From: a virus
Lineage: Duplodnaviria > Caudoviricetes
DNA: 54,978 nucleotides
Virus record (IMG/VR): IMGVR_UViG_3300048839_001570
Coordinates: 1 to 54,978 of that record
Strand: one strand, 5' to 3'
In this document: piece by piece, positions 5,791 through 16,100 of the stretch
Layout: every line of letters begins with the position of its first letter
How positions within the stretch are numbered: position 1 is the stretch's first letter
Made by a program: the position numbers and the translations under genes
Notes under the pieces: generated by a model
Database searches by the model: none
Seen by the model: the letters and a program-made list of their open reading frames with translations, nothing else
Told to the model about the DNA's origin: nothing

Positions 5791-8778
5791 CTACGGAGCC
5801 AGGGCAATCGTGAACGCGACCCACGTATCCGTCGCCATCGTGCCGAAGGCGGCCGGGTCGTAGGTCGCCACCTCGTCGAACCGCATCGCCGCCGCCACGC
5901 TCGCGCCGCCGGTCCCGGCCGCAACCTGCGGGTAGAAGTCGTAGCAGCCGATTGGCCCGGCGCCCGGGACCGCCGTGCTGTCCGCCCCCATCACCGCGAG
6001 CCAGAGGTACTTCGCGCTGCCGCCCGAGGGCGAGAAGCTGGGGGCGTTGGCGGTCGTGCTCGATCCCGTCGCGGACGTGCTGACCTGGATGGAAGACGCG
6101 CCGTGGAAGCTCATGGCGATGTGCGACGACTGCTCCGAGGCCGAGGTCGTCAGGGTGAGCGTGTCGCCCTCCTCCGCGATCTTCGAGACGATGGTGAGCC
6201 GGTTGTTGGAGCCGTTCGCTGCGCTCGCGTTGATGGTCCAGCCCGAGGAAGACGCCCCGGTGTTGATCGAAACCGTCGCACTGCCGTCGCTGGAGAGCCC
6301 GATTACCATGAGTTCCCCGGGCACGATGAGCGGCAGCGTGATCGGGTGCGACGTGGTGTTCGAGGCCCCGGTGCGCCCGCGCGCCATCTCGCGCAAGCTC
6401 GGGAAGCCGTACATGTTCGGCATCCGCATCCAGCGCGGCTCGACCGTCGAGAAGGTCGTATTCGGCGTGTAGACCGACGGGCCGTCGTCCTCGAAGGCCG
6501 CCGGGTCCGAGACGAAGTAGCCTGGCGCATCCATCCCGCTCAGGTAGCGGTTGTTGATGACGTCGTTCCCGACCGTCGTCTCGTTCCAGTAATCGCTGTC
6601 GCCGTCGTAGAATTCGTGCGAGCTTTCGCAGACCGGGGCGGGCACGCCGAAGCGGTAGTAGTTCGTATCCCCGGTGTGGAAGACGATGTTTTCCTCGACC
6701 AGCACCTCGTCCGCGTTGTCGAGATAGATCTGGATCGAATAGTTATCCCACACGATGTTTTCGCGCGCGGTCGTGCCGGTGGTGGAGAGGATGCCGATCC
6801 CCTCGCCCCAATTCTCGTGCACGAGGTTCTTCTCGATCAGGCTGTCGCCGCGGAAGTCGCCGAAGATGCCCCGGCCCCACCCGCTCTGCCCGACCGCGCC
6901 GGCCGTCCAGTCCGCGTTCCGGTTCTCGACCGTGTTGTGGTGGATCCGGTTGTAGCGGACCGTCCAGCCCGCGCCGCGGGTCTGTCCGCCGCCGGTCGAG
7001 TAGTCCATGGAGAAGGCGCCGTCGAGGAAGTAGCAGAACTCGTTCCCCTCCACGACGAGGTTCTGGGCATTGTCGCCGTAGAAGCCGAAGCGACAGCCGC
7101 CGTCGTCGATGAACTTGAAACCGCGGATTTCGATGTTGTCGGCGGTGCGGAGCTGGAGCATGTCCGCGCCGGTCAGGCTGCGCGCGTCGAACGTCACCTG
7201 TTCGCCCGGGTAGGCGATCACCTTGGTCTTGTTCGATGAGTTGGAGCCCGACCATCCGCTGATCGACTGCGCGCTCGTGTAGGTGCCCTTGCGGACCGCC
7301 ACCACGTCGCCGGCCGAGACGGAGGTTCCCGAGAACGCGGCGTCGCTCGAGACGGTCTTGTTCACCGCGTAGACGCAGACGGGGATCGTCACGCTGTCCG
7401 AGCCGAGCCCGTTTTCGGCCGTGACGGTGATGGTGGTCCAGTCGAAGGCGCTCGTGGTGGGCACCGAGACGACGCCCGTAGACGAGTTGATCGTGATGCC
7501 GGTGGAGCCGACGCCAGAGACGGAGAACTCCAGCTCGTCGCCGTCGAACATCGAGGCCGTGGCGAAGGTCTGCGTGCCCATGCCGGTCACGTAGTAGACC
7601 GCGGGCATGTAGGAGAGGTAGGCCGCGGGCGCCTCGGTCGCGCCGACCTGGTACGGCGTCTGGTTGAACTCGGAAATGTCGAAGGTGCCGTCTGTCGAGA
7701 GCCAATCGCCGCAGGTAATGTTCACGTACATGTCGGTGATCGCGAAGCTGATCGCCGTCGTGCTCGCGTAGTTGGTCCAGTTCTCGCCGTCCGTGGACCA
7801 GTCCATGTAGACCGTCCCGTTGTCCTCGTGGATGCGCTGGTAGGCATGGGTCGCCGGGGCGTAGGTGACGTTCTTGCGGAGCTGCGTGTTGACGCCGCCG
7901 ATCTGGTAGTCCGCAATGAGCGTTCCGTCGTCGATGCCGAAGCGGATGCGGTCGGCGCCGCTCGTGCCCTGCCGCTCTAGCGAGATGATGCCGTTCTTGC
8001 TCTCCAGCGCGTTCGTGCGTGTGAAGCCGAAGCGCCAGGCAACGACCGAGTTGGTCAGGTCCCATGTGCTCACAGCCGAAGCCATGCCGCCGGCATAGTC
8101 GTTCCGGCAGGGAATTTTCGCGATGCCGCCCGAGACGGTGACGGTGCCCGTGTAGCCGCTCGTGCTCCATTTCGCGCCGTCAAGGCTCGAGCCGGGGAAC
8201 AGGTCGGTGAAGTTCTGGAAGGCGTCGGCGGGGATCTCGGGGGCGGCCTCGGCGGAGATCGTGGGCGCCTGCGCCGCGATGGCGAGCGCCGCGGCGGGAA
8301 CCTGTACGCTGCCGCCCGTAGCAACGGCGGGCACGGGAGCGGCTACGGCGAGCGAGGCAACCGGGACCTGTACGCTGCCGCCCGTCGCGATCGCGGGAAG
8401 CGGAGCAGCGATGGCGAGAGCTGCGACCGGAACCTGCGCGCTTGCGCCAGTCGCCACCGCAGGTGACGGAGCGGCAACGGTGAGGGCGGCCGTGGGAACG
8501 GCGATGTCCGCCGGCGCGACGGGCCGGAGAGCGATCACCTGGCCGGTGCCGTCGTCGAACTCATAGTCGACGCCGTTCGTCAGGGCGACGGTAGGCCCCG
8601 TGGACCTGAACCAGTCCGACGAGCCGACCTCCCGGTAGAAGATCGCCCGCGGCTGCACGCCGTCGTCGAACTCGTAGGTCTCGCCGGCGTCGAGCCCGGA
8701 GATCTGGAACGGCGCCTCGCCGACAACCCTCAGCCACGGGCCGGCGCTGCCCTGCACCCGGTAGAAGACACTACGCAT
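5791..8778 (-). CDS. Multidomain putative depolymerase/adhesin (FN3-like stubs, 22-aa repeats, lectin-like, Ig-like, right-handed beta-helix)
   Basis: Beta-helix pattern NLVVEGNEF, WTVRYNRIHHN, SLIEKNLVHENWGEGI, ARENIVWDN; Ig-like GITINSSTGVVSV. Confidence 0.8.
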   Translation of the reverse strand: MRSVFYRVQGSAGPWLRVVGEAPFQISGLDAGETYEFDDGVQPRAIFYREVGSSDWFRSTGPTVALTNGVDYEFDDGTGQVIALRPVAPADIAVPTAALTVAAPSPAVATGASAQVPVAALAIAAPLPAIATGGSVQVPVASLAVAAPVPAVATGGSVQVPAAALAIAAQAPTISAEAAPEIPADAFQNFTDLFPGSSLDGAKWSTSGYTGTVTVSGGIAKIPCRNDYAGGMASAVSTWDLTNSVVAWRFGFTRTNALESKNGIISLERQGTSGADRIRFGIDDGTLIADYQIGGVNTQLRKNVTYAPATHAYQRIHEDNGTVYMDWSTDGENWTNYASTTAISFAITDMYVNITCGDWLSTDGTFDISEFNQTPYQVGATEAPAAYLSYMPAVYYVTGMGTQTFATASMFDGDELEFSVSGVGSTGITINSSTGVVSVPTTSAFDWTTITVTAENGLGSDSVTIPVCVYAVNKTVSSDAAFSGTSVSAGDVVAVRKGTYTSAQSISGWSGSNSSNKTKVIAYPGEQVTFDARSLTGADMLQLRTADNIEIRGFKFIDDGGCRFGFYGDNAQNLVVEGNEFCYFLDGAFSMDYSTGGGQTRGAGWTVRYNRIHHNTVENRNADWTAGAVGQSGWGRGIFGDFRGDSLIEKNLVHENWGEGIGILSTTGTTARENIVWDNYSIQIYLDNADEVLVEENIVFHTGDTNYYRFGVPAPVCESSHEFYDGDSDYWNETTVGNDVINNRYLSGMDAPGYFVSDPAAFEDDGPSVYTPNTTFSTVEPRWMRMPNMYGFPSLREMARGRTGASNTTSHPITLPLIVPGELMVIGLSSDGSATVSINTGASSSGWTINASAANGSNNRLTIVSKIAEEGDTLTLTTSASEQSSHIAMSFHGASSIQVSTSATGSSTTANAPSFSPSGGSAKYLWLAVMGADSTAVPGAGPIGCYDFYPQVAAGTGGASVAAAMRFDEVATYDPAAFGTMATDTWVAFTIALAP
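8251..8505 (-). repeat. Four 22-aa repeats (VPxAxLxxAAPxPAVATGxSV)
   Basis: Seen in translation; 66-nt periodicity. Confidence 0.85.
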
Positions 8779-9013
8779 CGAGGATTTTCCGATCTTCGCG
8801 CCAGACGCGGCGGCAGTGGTTCCGGTCGCCGCGGTGGCGGCGGAAGTGGCTGTCGACGATGAGCCAGAGGAACAGCCACTTGATGTCGCGCGGGCGCCTC
8901 AGGAACGCCCAGCGCATGCGGTAGCAGCGCGAGGAGAAGCGCTCCCGCGGGTCGCCGCCGAAGAAGGCGTTGAGGGTCCGCGAGAGATCGTCCCCCGCCT
9001 CCGGCGGAATCAC
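8771..9013 (-). CDS. Small conserved-type phage protein
   Basis: LNAFFGGDPRERFSSRCYR...NHCRR; GTGA coupling. Confidence 0.65.
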   Translation of the reverse strand: MIPPEAGDDLSRTLNAFFGGDPRERFSSRCYRMRWAFLRRPRDIKWLFLWLIVDSHFRRHRGDRNHCRRVWREDRKILDA

Positions 9014-9168
9014 AGGTCGTGCTCTCCGCACGTGAAGCCGCGAAGGTGGGCGGCGGCGCCGGTGGCGTCCTGCGCCACACCCTCGGCGACGTAGGCCACG
9101 ATGCAGTTCACGTCCTGGTCGGCGCAGCCCGCGAGGAGCAGCACCGCTAGGAGCGCGGCGCGTCTCAC
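9010..9168 (-). CDS. Small lipoprotein (o-spanin candidate)
   Basis: MRRAALLAVLLLAGC lipobox; coupled to neighbours. Confidence 0.6.
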   Translation of the reverse strand: MRRAALLAVLLLAGCADQDVNCIVAYVAEGVAQDATGAAAHLRGFTCGEHDL

Positions 9169-9437
9169 GCTTCTTCGGGCGCTTCGGCCGGCGGCACGCA
9201 CAGCTTGGGATCGAGACCGGTCTCGAGCATCCGCGCCTCGGCCGCGGCGACGAACTGAGGCGCGACCATCTTGGCGGTGAGGTAGATCCCGCACTGCTGT
9301 GCGTCGGTGAGACCGGTCATCGTCTCGATCTGGGCCTGCAGCTGATCGACGGCGGCGTCCTCGTCGATGACGGCGCCCCAGTCGACGCCGCACGCGCCGA
9401 GGAGGAGGGCGAGCGGGAGCAGTGCGTACTTGCGCAT
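9165..9437 (-). CDS. Lipoprotein
   Basis: MRKYALLPLALLLGAC lipobox. Confidence 0.75.
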   Translation of the reverse strand: MRKYALLPLALLLGACGVDWGAVIDEDAAVDQLQAQIETMTGLTDAQQCGIYLTAKMVAPQFVAAAEARMLETGLDPKLCVPPAEAPEEA

Positions 9438-9478
9438 TGGTTCAGTCCTCGCAGTGGTGGGGGGTGGGGTTTGGCGCT

Positions 9479-9895
9479 TCAGCCCTGCGCCGGGGTCGTC
9501 TCGGAAAGTGGCATGATGCCGCCCGACATCATGCCCGACGGCGCGCGCGGCTCGGCCGGGGGCACGGGCCTTGCCTCGGCCTCCATCGCCCTGCGGACGT
9601 CTTCCTGCGCCTGCTGGACGATGTTGCGCATCTCCTCCTCGGAGTAGGTACCGCTGTTGCCGGTGAGCAGGACCAGGAGCGCGGTGAAGAGGCCGCCGAC
9701 CATGGCCGCGATTGCGCCGGCGATCATCTCGGGGCTCGGGGGCGGGAACACTCCCACGCCGGTCGCGGCGTCGACCGTCGCGACCGCCACGCCCCAGAGG
9801 ACGAGCGTGACGGCGGCCGTCGACATCGTGGCGCCGAGCAGCGCGTTCCAGAACTTCTCGTAGCCGCGGGCGGCGTTCACGAACCGCGAGATCAT
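9479..9895 (-). CDS. Two-TM membrane protein, holin candidate
   Basis: Two hydrophobic segments, charged C-tail, downstream of endolysin. Confidence 0.55.
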   Translation of the reverse strand: MISRFVNAARGYEKFWNALLGATMSTAAVTLVLWGVAVATVDAATGVGVFPPPSPEMIAGAIAAMVGGLFTALLVLLTGNSGTYSEEEMRNIVQQAQEDVRRAMEAEARPVPPAEPRAPSGMMSGGIMPLSETTPAQG

Positions 9896-9971
9896 CGGCC
9901 GGTCTCCTGCAGGACGAGCCGCCACCAGGCGGCCCAGGGGTTGTGGGTGAGGGCGTAGGCCCACACGGCGA

Positions 9972-10817
9972 TCACGCGAGCGCCTCGATCTCGGCCGCTA
10001 GGCGGCGCAGGTCGGAGGCGATGCGCCGCGCGGGCGACGGCGTCGTGGGCGCGTGAGGCGGCGGGCCGTCGACGATGTCGACGTGGTCGCCGTGCACCCA
10101 GACGGTGAAGCCCGCCGGGGTCTCGACCCGCAGCCATGCGCCGTCGTGGCCGACGACCTCGAGGGAGGTCCCGCGCGGAATCGTGCCCACGATCTCGCCG
10201 CCGGGTGCCCTACGGGCGTTGAGCAGCGCGGGCCTGACGGTAGCGATGGCGCCGGCCGGCACCGGTGCGTTCGGGTTGCTGGTCACTGGCTGGGGTTCGG
10301 TCACGACGACGCCTCCGATCTGGGCCCGGATCCAGTCCCCGACGGCGTGCGCGCCGACCAGGTCGGGACGGAAGGGCAGGATGGTGAAGTCCCACTTCGC
10401 CCGCTGCGGCACGCCGAGCGTGCTCTCGACCTCCGCGTGCGACAGGGTGGTGCTGCGGCTGATCGGGATCTCGTAGCGCTCGCTCAGAACCCGGGTGAGC
10501 AGGCAGAGCGCCTCGACCTGCCGCTCGAGCATGGGCCACCGTCCGAGGTCGAGCGGGCGTTCCCGCGCGCCGCCCATGCAGCACAGCGCGACGCTGATCG
10601 CGTCGGTGTTGGCGTTGAGGGTGTGGGCGGAATAGCCGGGCTTGAGCGTCCCGCTGTTGGCGGCGATCGAAGGAATGCCGCGAACGAATTCACCCTCTCC
10701 CGTGGTCAGCAGGTGGTAGGCGCGGAGATCCGTGGCGTTGGGGACATAGGCCCCAGCGTTCCAGTGCCAATGGATCCGGCGAATGGGCACTCGCGGCGTC
10801 CATTCCGAGGGGATCAT
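9972..10817 (-). CDS. Endolysin: Amidase_2-like domain plus SH3b cell-wall-binding domain
   Basis: IHWHWNAG, AYH, HTLNANT, SHAEV; C-terminal LNARRAPGGEIVGTIPRG...WLRV...WVHGDHV. Confidence 0.85.
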   Translation of the reverse strand: MIPSEWTPRVPIRRIHWHWNAGAYVPNATDLRAYHLLTTGEGEFVRGIPSIAANSGTLKPGYSAHTLNANTDAISVALCCMGGARERPLDLGRWPMLERQVEALCLLTRVLSERYEIPISRSTTLSHAEVESTLGVPQRAKWDFTILPFRPDLVGAHAVGDWIRAQIGGVVVTEPQPVTSNPNAPVPAGAIATVRPALLNARRAPGGEIVGTIPRGTSLEVVGHDGAWLRVETPAGFTVWVHGDHVDIVDGPPPHAPTTPSPARRIASDLRRLAAEIEALA

Positions 10818-11002
10818 CGCAAGGGCCTCGTCTCGATCGAGTCGGACCGCACCACGACGTGGAACGCGCCGGTGAGGTAGTCGCCGGGCGGCAGGTACGG
10901 GAGCGGCGCCGGGGGACGAGGCGGCCTGATCCTGTCCCAGACCGCGCGGCAGGCGAGCGACAGGATGACCGCCGAGACGATCACGACGATGTCGTCGCTC
11001 AT
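10814..11002 (-). CDS. Small membrane-anchored protein
   Basis: MSDDIVVIVSAVILSLAC; ATGA coupling. Confidence 0.55.
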   Translation of the reverse strand: MSDDIVVIVSAVILSLACRAVWDRIRPPRPPAPLPYLPPGDYLTGAFHVVVRSDSIETRPLR

Positions 11003-11463
11003 CCGGGCACCGGGGGATGGATGGTGAACACGTTGCTCTCGACGGAGGTGCGAAGGGTTACGCCGAACCAGAGGTGGACCCGCCACTCCGTCGTCATCCG
11101 GTACTGGCCGGGCTGCCACGGGCAGTCCGCGTTCGGCGGGATCTCGAGCCACCAGCTCATGTCGCTGTCCGGCGGCACCTGGTTCCCGGGATCGTAGATG
11201 AATGGCTCCGGGGAGCTGCGGCGGCAGAAGGCGGTGAAGCCGGTCGGCTCGGCCTTGCGCACGTAGGCGACCCACTCGCCCCGGAACGGCCGATGGATGG
11301 TGCGGTCGGGGATGACGCGCAGCTCTCCGCCCACCTGCCCGTCCTCGACCACGACACCCCGCACCTCGATCCACCAGCGGGTGGGAAGGAGGGCGGAGAG
11401 CGCCGACGGCAGGACGAGCTGCGAGATGACGAGCGCGGCGGCGATGAAGAGCAGAGTGCGCAT
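10999..11463 (-). CDS. Exported or membrane-anchored hypothetical protein
   Basis: MRTLLFIAAALVISQLVL signal/TM; TGATG coupling. Confidence 0.65.
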   Translation of the reverse strand: MRTLLFIAAALVISQLVLPSALSALLPTRWWIEVRGVVVEDGQVGGELRVIPDRTIHRPFRGEWVAYVRKAEPTGFTAFCRRSSPEPFIYDPGNQVPPDSDMSWWLEIPPNADCPWQPGQYRMTTEWRVHLWFGVTLRTSVESNVFTIHPPVPG

Positions 11464-11735
11464 CACTGGGACAGCCGCTCGGCCAGCCAGGGGAGGAGGT
11501 CCCGCAGGGCGAACACCGCGGCCGTGATCAGCACGATCCATGCGAGTTGTTCCTTGATCAGCGATCGCGCCGTCGACCACCACTCGTTGCGCTTGGTCAT
11601 CGTCGTGAGCGCGGCATGAAATTCCTCGGCGTTCCGGGGACTGCCGAGGAGCTTTAGGAGACGCTCCAGGTCTTCGGGCGTGCACCAGCGGCGCAGCACC
11701 TCGAGGTAGCGATCCGTGTCTTTGTCCTCGGCCAC
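11463..11735 (-). CDS. Small protein with C-terminal TM (holin-like candidate)
   Basis: GTG start with SD-like GGAG; LAWIVLITAAVFAL. Confidence 0.55.
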   Translation of the reverse strand: MAEDKDTDRYLEVLRRWCTPEDLERLLKLLGSPRNAEEFHAALTTMTKRNEWWSTARSLIKEQLAWIVLITAAVFALRDLLPWLAERLSQ

Positions 11736-11859
11736 TCGCCTCGTCTCCGATCCGAATGCGTATTGCGAGCATGGCCGGGCGGCAGATGCGCCCGCGGATG
11801 GAGAAGCCGGGGGCGCACCGGTCGACCCCGGCCAGAAAACGTGTGGTGGGCGGCGGGCC

Positions 11860-12195
11860 TCAGCGACGGCGTGCGATGCCGCGCACCAGGCCCGCCGCAA
11901 TGAGCGGGGCGACGGCGATCGCCGCGTCCGGAACCGCGGCCATGGCGGCCCCGCCGTAGACGAAGCTCCAGTCCTCGGCCGCGTCGTCGATCGACTGCCG
12001 GCCACGGCCGAGGACGGCCTGGACGCCCTCCCAGGCAGCGTAGGCGACGGCGAGCGCGAGCAGGACCGAGAGGCCCGATCCGAGCGCATGGACGACGAGC
12101 CACCCGAGCGCCGCGTGCGCGACCTGGTTGGCAGCATAGGCCCAGGGCCGACCCGCGTAGGCGTCAGCCGCGAGGAGCCAGGCGAGCACGCTCAC
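11860..12195 (-). CDS. Membrane protein
   Basis: Several hydrophobic segments; GTGA coupling. Confidence 0.65.
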   Translation of the reverse strand: MSVLAWLLAADAYAGRPWAYAANQVAHAALGWLVVHALGSGLSVLLALAVAYAAWEGVQAVLGRGRQSIDDAAEDWSFVYGGAAMAAVPDAAIAVAPLIAAGLVRGIARRR

Positions 12196-13103
12196 ACCTG
12201 CGAGTAGGCTGCGAAGAAGGCCCGCAGCTGGGCCTCGCTGAGGCTCTGCGTCGCGGCGAGCAGCGGCACCAGCGGGTGATCGATCTCGACGAGCGTCATC
12301 GTTGCCCAGGTGATGCGCGCGGGGTTGCGCTGGGCCTCGGGCAGCGTCTGGATGACCGCCTCCACCGCCGCTGGAACCGCGCCCGTCTGCGCCGCTGCCA
12401 GCGCCTCCTCGGCCGTGATGTAGCCCATGCCGCCGTCGACCTCGGGCCCGAGCCCGATGAGGAGCTGGCGGCGCGTGATCGGCGGGACCTCATCCTGTTC
12501 CGGCATGAACAGCCCCTCGGGACTCACGTCGGTCCACCCGGCCCCGCCCGGAGGGGCTTGCCAGTTGTCGGCCACGTCGCTGCGCCACAGGCCGAGGCCC
12601 GCGCCTTCGCCATGCCTGACGATCGCGCCAGGCCCCCACCCCTGCCCCGGCGCGCGCTGGCTCCATGCCGGGTACAGGGAAGCGTCCTGCGCCAGCGGCT
12701 CGGGCGCAGGTGGCGTCTCGGACGCGGTGATCCAGGCCGCGATCATCGCGGGCAACCCGGGAGCGCCTGCGACGCCGCCCGCCGCAGCCACGATGTGATC
12801 GAACCGCGTCAGCCCCGCTGCCATCGCGGCATAGGCCGCCTCGGCGGAACCGGCGCTTGCGTGGGCCGCGAGTGCCGCGTCGAGGCCGCTGGCGGCACGG
12901 AAGCCCGCCACCTGGTCGGCGTCGAGCTCGAGCGGCAGCGCGTCCAGGACCGAAGCCGTCGACGGCGACACGGGCGGGGCGATGCGGACGGTGGCTCCAT
13001 CTGTGCGCACCCGGAGGTGACCGTCACCGAGAACGGCGAAGGCTGAATCTCCACCGAGGACGAACACGTCGTCGTCCCACGCTCCGACGATGAACCAGCG
13101 CAT
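12192..13103 (-). CDS. Tail-fibre-associated protein with CBM5/12-like Trp module
   Basis: YPAWSQ...WGPGAIVRHG...LWRS...NWQAPPGGAGW; C-terminal PPITRRQLLIGL. Confidence 0.6.
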   Translation of the reverse strand: MRWFIVGAWDDDVFVLGGDSAFAVLGDGHLRVRTDGATVRIAPPVSPSTASVLDALPLELDADQVAGFRAASGLDAALAAHASAGSAEAAYAAMAAGLTRFDHIVAAAGGVAGAPGLPAMIAAWITASETPPAPEPLAQDASLYPAWSQRAPGQGWGPGAIVRHGEGAGLGLWRSDVADNWQAPPGGAGWTDVSPEGLFMPEQDEVPPITRRQLLIGLGPEVDGGMGYITAEEALAAAQTGAVPAAVEAVIQTLPEAQRNPARITWATMTLVEIDHPLVPLLAATQSLSEAQLRAFFAAYSQV

Positions 13104-16100
13104 CAGGCGGCCAGCGGCAGGATGCGGTTTGGCTGGACCAGTCCGTCGTGGATTGAACCGGCCTGAGCATAAGGCGGGGCGATCACGAAAGCTCCATTAG
13201 ACGAGGTCAGGACAACGTCTCCGGTCAGGGGATGCACGTCCATGAAGGTGAGGTTGTTGTCGGGCACGAGGCCCGCCAGGTTTTCCCAGCTCGAGCCGCC
13301 GTCGGTGGTGCGCACCATCGGCACCCCGGTGCCGGGGTTGCTGTTGGTCGCGTACCATATCTGGTTCGGATACCTGGGATCGACGGCGAACCCGGCGACA
13401 TCGAAGGATGCTCCGGCCGCCATCTGGGCCGAGATGCTGGACGGCGCGCACTGGATCGTCGTGAAGGGCCTGCTTGTACCCGAGCCCTCGTCGAGCCGGT
13501 AGAGCCTGACCGTGGAACCACCTCCTCGAACGAACAGGCGGTTGTGGTTCGAAGGATGGGGCAGGAACGCACCGGCCGCCTCGGCACCCGGGAGGTTCAG
13601 AAGGCGGGAGCCGAAGTCGAGAATCACCGCCCAGCTCACTCCTCGATCAAGGGAACGCGCTACCCGCTGTGCCGTACCTTCGTTGTCGAAGGCAAAAACG
13701 GCCTGGCCGTTGGCAAGGGCGGCGTTTCTGGTGATGCCCCATATCTCGAAGTTGGCCGGCAGCCCCCCTAGAGTGGACCAGGCCGCGCCGCCATTGGTCG
13801 ACCGAGATCGGATCGCATATGCAAACTGGGCATTGGAGACGTCCCACCCGATGAAGCGTGTCTTGGTCGAGCTCGACGACACGCCGGAAGGTCGGAACCA
13901 GCCGCTCAGATCCTCCCTGTTGCACATTGCGAACTTGCCCCCGGAGGTACGGTCCATGATCGCGAGGATGATCGGAACGGCAGGGTAGTCCGGGTGGATT
14001 GCGAAGGCCGTGCAAGAGCGATGGCTGATGTTGAGGGCCGCGAGGGAAATATCGGATCGACGCCAGTGGCGGCCGGCCGCGCGGGTCACGCAGACCCCTG
14101 CATCCACGATACCGATCCCGAAGATGCTCCTGTTCCTGGAAAAGCCCTGGCCGGTCGAGGAGGTGACCTGACTCTGGGTCCCTGAGAAGTAGTCGTTGGA
14201 GATCGCCCAGCTGGCGCCATAGTTCGAACTGCGAAAGTCCGCGTTCTGCAGGACGATGCCCCGCGCCTTGAAGTACATCTCCCCGGCTCGTGGGCTGAAG
14301 ATGATCCAGCTAGCGCCCGTCTCGGCGGGGCTCGACGTCCGGGGGTATCCGGGTCGGGCCGGGACCGCAGCGCTCTCGGAGAACGAGCCACCGTTCCTGA
14401 CCAGGGGACGGCCGGCGCGGCCGGTCGCGACCATGAATTCAGGTTCCCAGCGCGAAACAAATAGGCGGCTCACCGACTGGGAGCTGACCGTAGACCACGA
14501 GTTGCCGCCATCGGTAGACTTGCGGATGCCGCCGCCGTTGCCCACGACGATGTGCAGATTTCCGCCGACCATTTCGACATAAGGCAGCGTCGAGAACCCG
14601 CCGGAGAGCCCGGTGACCGAAATGCGCGTGACGGTCGGCGTGGACCCTCCGGCGTTGGTGATGCGCCACAGCCCGGTCGACGACGCGAAGAAGACGATGT
14701 TCGGATCCGTAGGGTGCACCACCACCTGGCGGATGATGCCGTGCGTTCCAAGCTGCAGAATGTCGGAGCCGGATCCGATCGAGCCGACCTGTGTCCACGT
14801 CGCCGCGCCATTGGTGGATCGAAGGAAGTAGATGCCCGGCTGGACGCCCCCGCTACCGGGCGCCTGACGATTGACGAGCGCGTACCAGCGCTGCGCGATA
14901 CCGCCCGAGCCGGAAGATCGGCCTGCGGCGACCAGGCCCCCGACGTCTTTCCCCTCCACGCCCGAGAAAGTGAAGGTGCGCACGAACGTCTGACCGCCGT
15001 CCAGCGTTCGGTAGAGCCCCTGGAAGGGCGTGACGCCCGCCCATGCCCCTGTCCCGACCACCGTCCAGTGCAGGTGGTCGATCGGGTCGATGCCCACGGA
15101 GTTCATCAGTTGCGTGCGCAGACCCTTGCATCGCGGCTTCCACCAGGAGCGGCCATGGTCGAGCGACACCCAAGGCCCACCCATGTCCTGCGTCTTTACG
15201 ATGTAGTTTGGATTAGAGCGCGATTGCTCCACCCAGGTCATGAGCTGCAGCGCGTCGCCGCCTATGTAGCCGTCCTGCTGGGATGCGTTCCACTCGGCCT
15301 CGTTCTGAAACGGCATCCGCTTCGATCCCGTCGTGGCGATCGGGACCGGATCAGGGTCGGGATCGGGCTCGGGCTCCGATCCCGGATCAAGCCCGGCAGG
15401 CGGCGCGATCTGCAGATCCCGAATAGGGCCCCAGTCGGCCCATTCGGCCGCGGCAACGTCGGTAGTGTCCGGCGTAGAGGACCACGTGAGCGCGATCCTC
15501 TCCGGAGCCGCCGAGGACGGCGTGCCGGTCTTGTCGGCCCAGCTCTTCTCCTGAAAGTTCTGATTCAGGCGGAGTTCGTAACAGGAGTAATTTGGGCTCT
15601 CGGAATCCGAGAACGCCGCATGCCGTACCCCCTTGTTTGCCTCGCCTGACGGCCGGCGGGGACGCAGCTCGCCGGTCTCTGCGTCGATCACTTCTGTGGT
15701 GTGGGACCATGCGAGATAGTCCACACCGCCTTGCGCAGCATGCGCGGGATGGTCGGGATCGGTGATGCGCACACCCTGATACCAAACCCCGCCGGCGCCG
15801 AGAAGAGTGAGGAGCTCTGAGTTCGTGTCGTCCAGAACCTCTCCCTCACCGAAATCGGGCGGGGCGGCGACGCTCGCGGCGACGGCTGTCCATGGACCGA
15901 CGAACTCGAAGGGGGCACCGGCCGTATTCTGCGCCCGCACGCGCCACGCCCATTCCTGGCCAGCAAGGGCGGTCGGGCCCGACCAGTCCAATGCGTGAAA
16001 GACTGGCGTTGCCTGAGCATTCGCGCGGACGAGAACGCCGACGGAGATCGACGCGGGAACAGCGTTCTCGACGGCGACGTCGGATTCGAGCACCCAAGCC

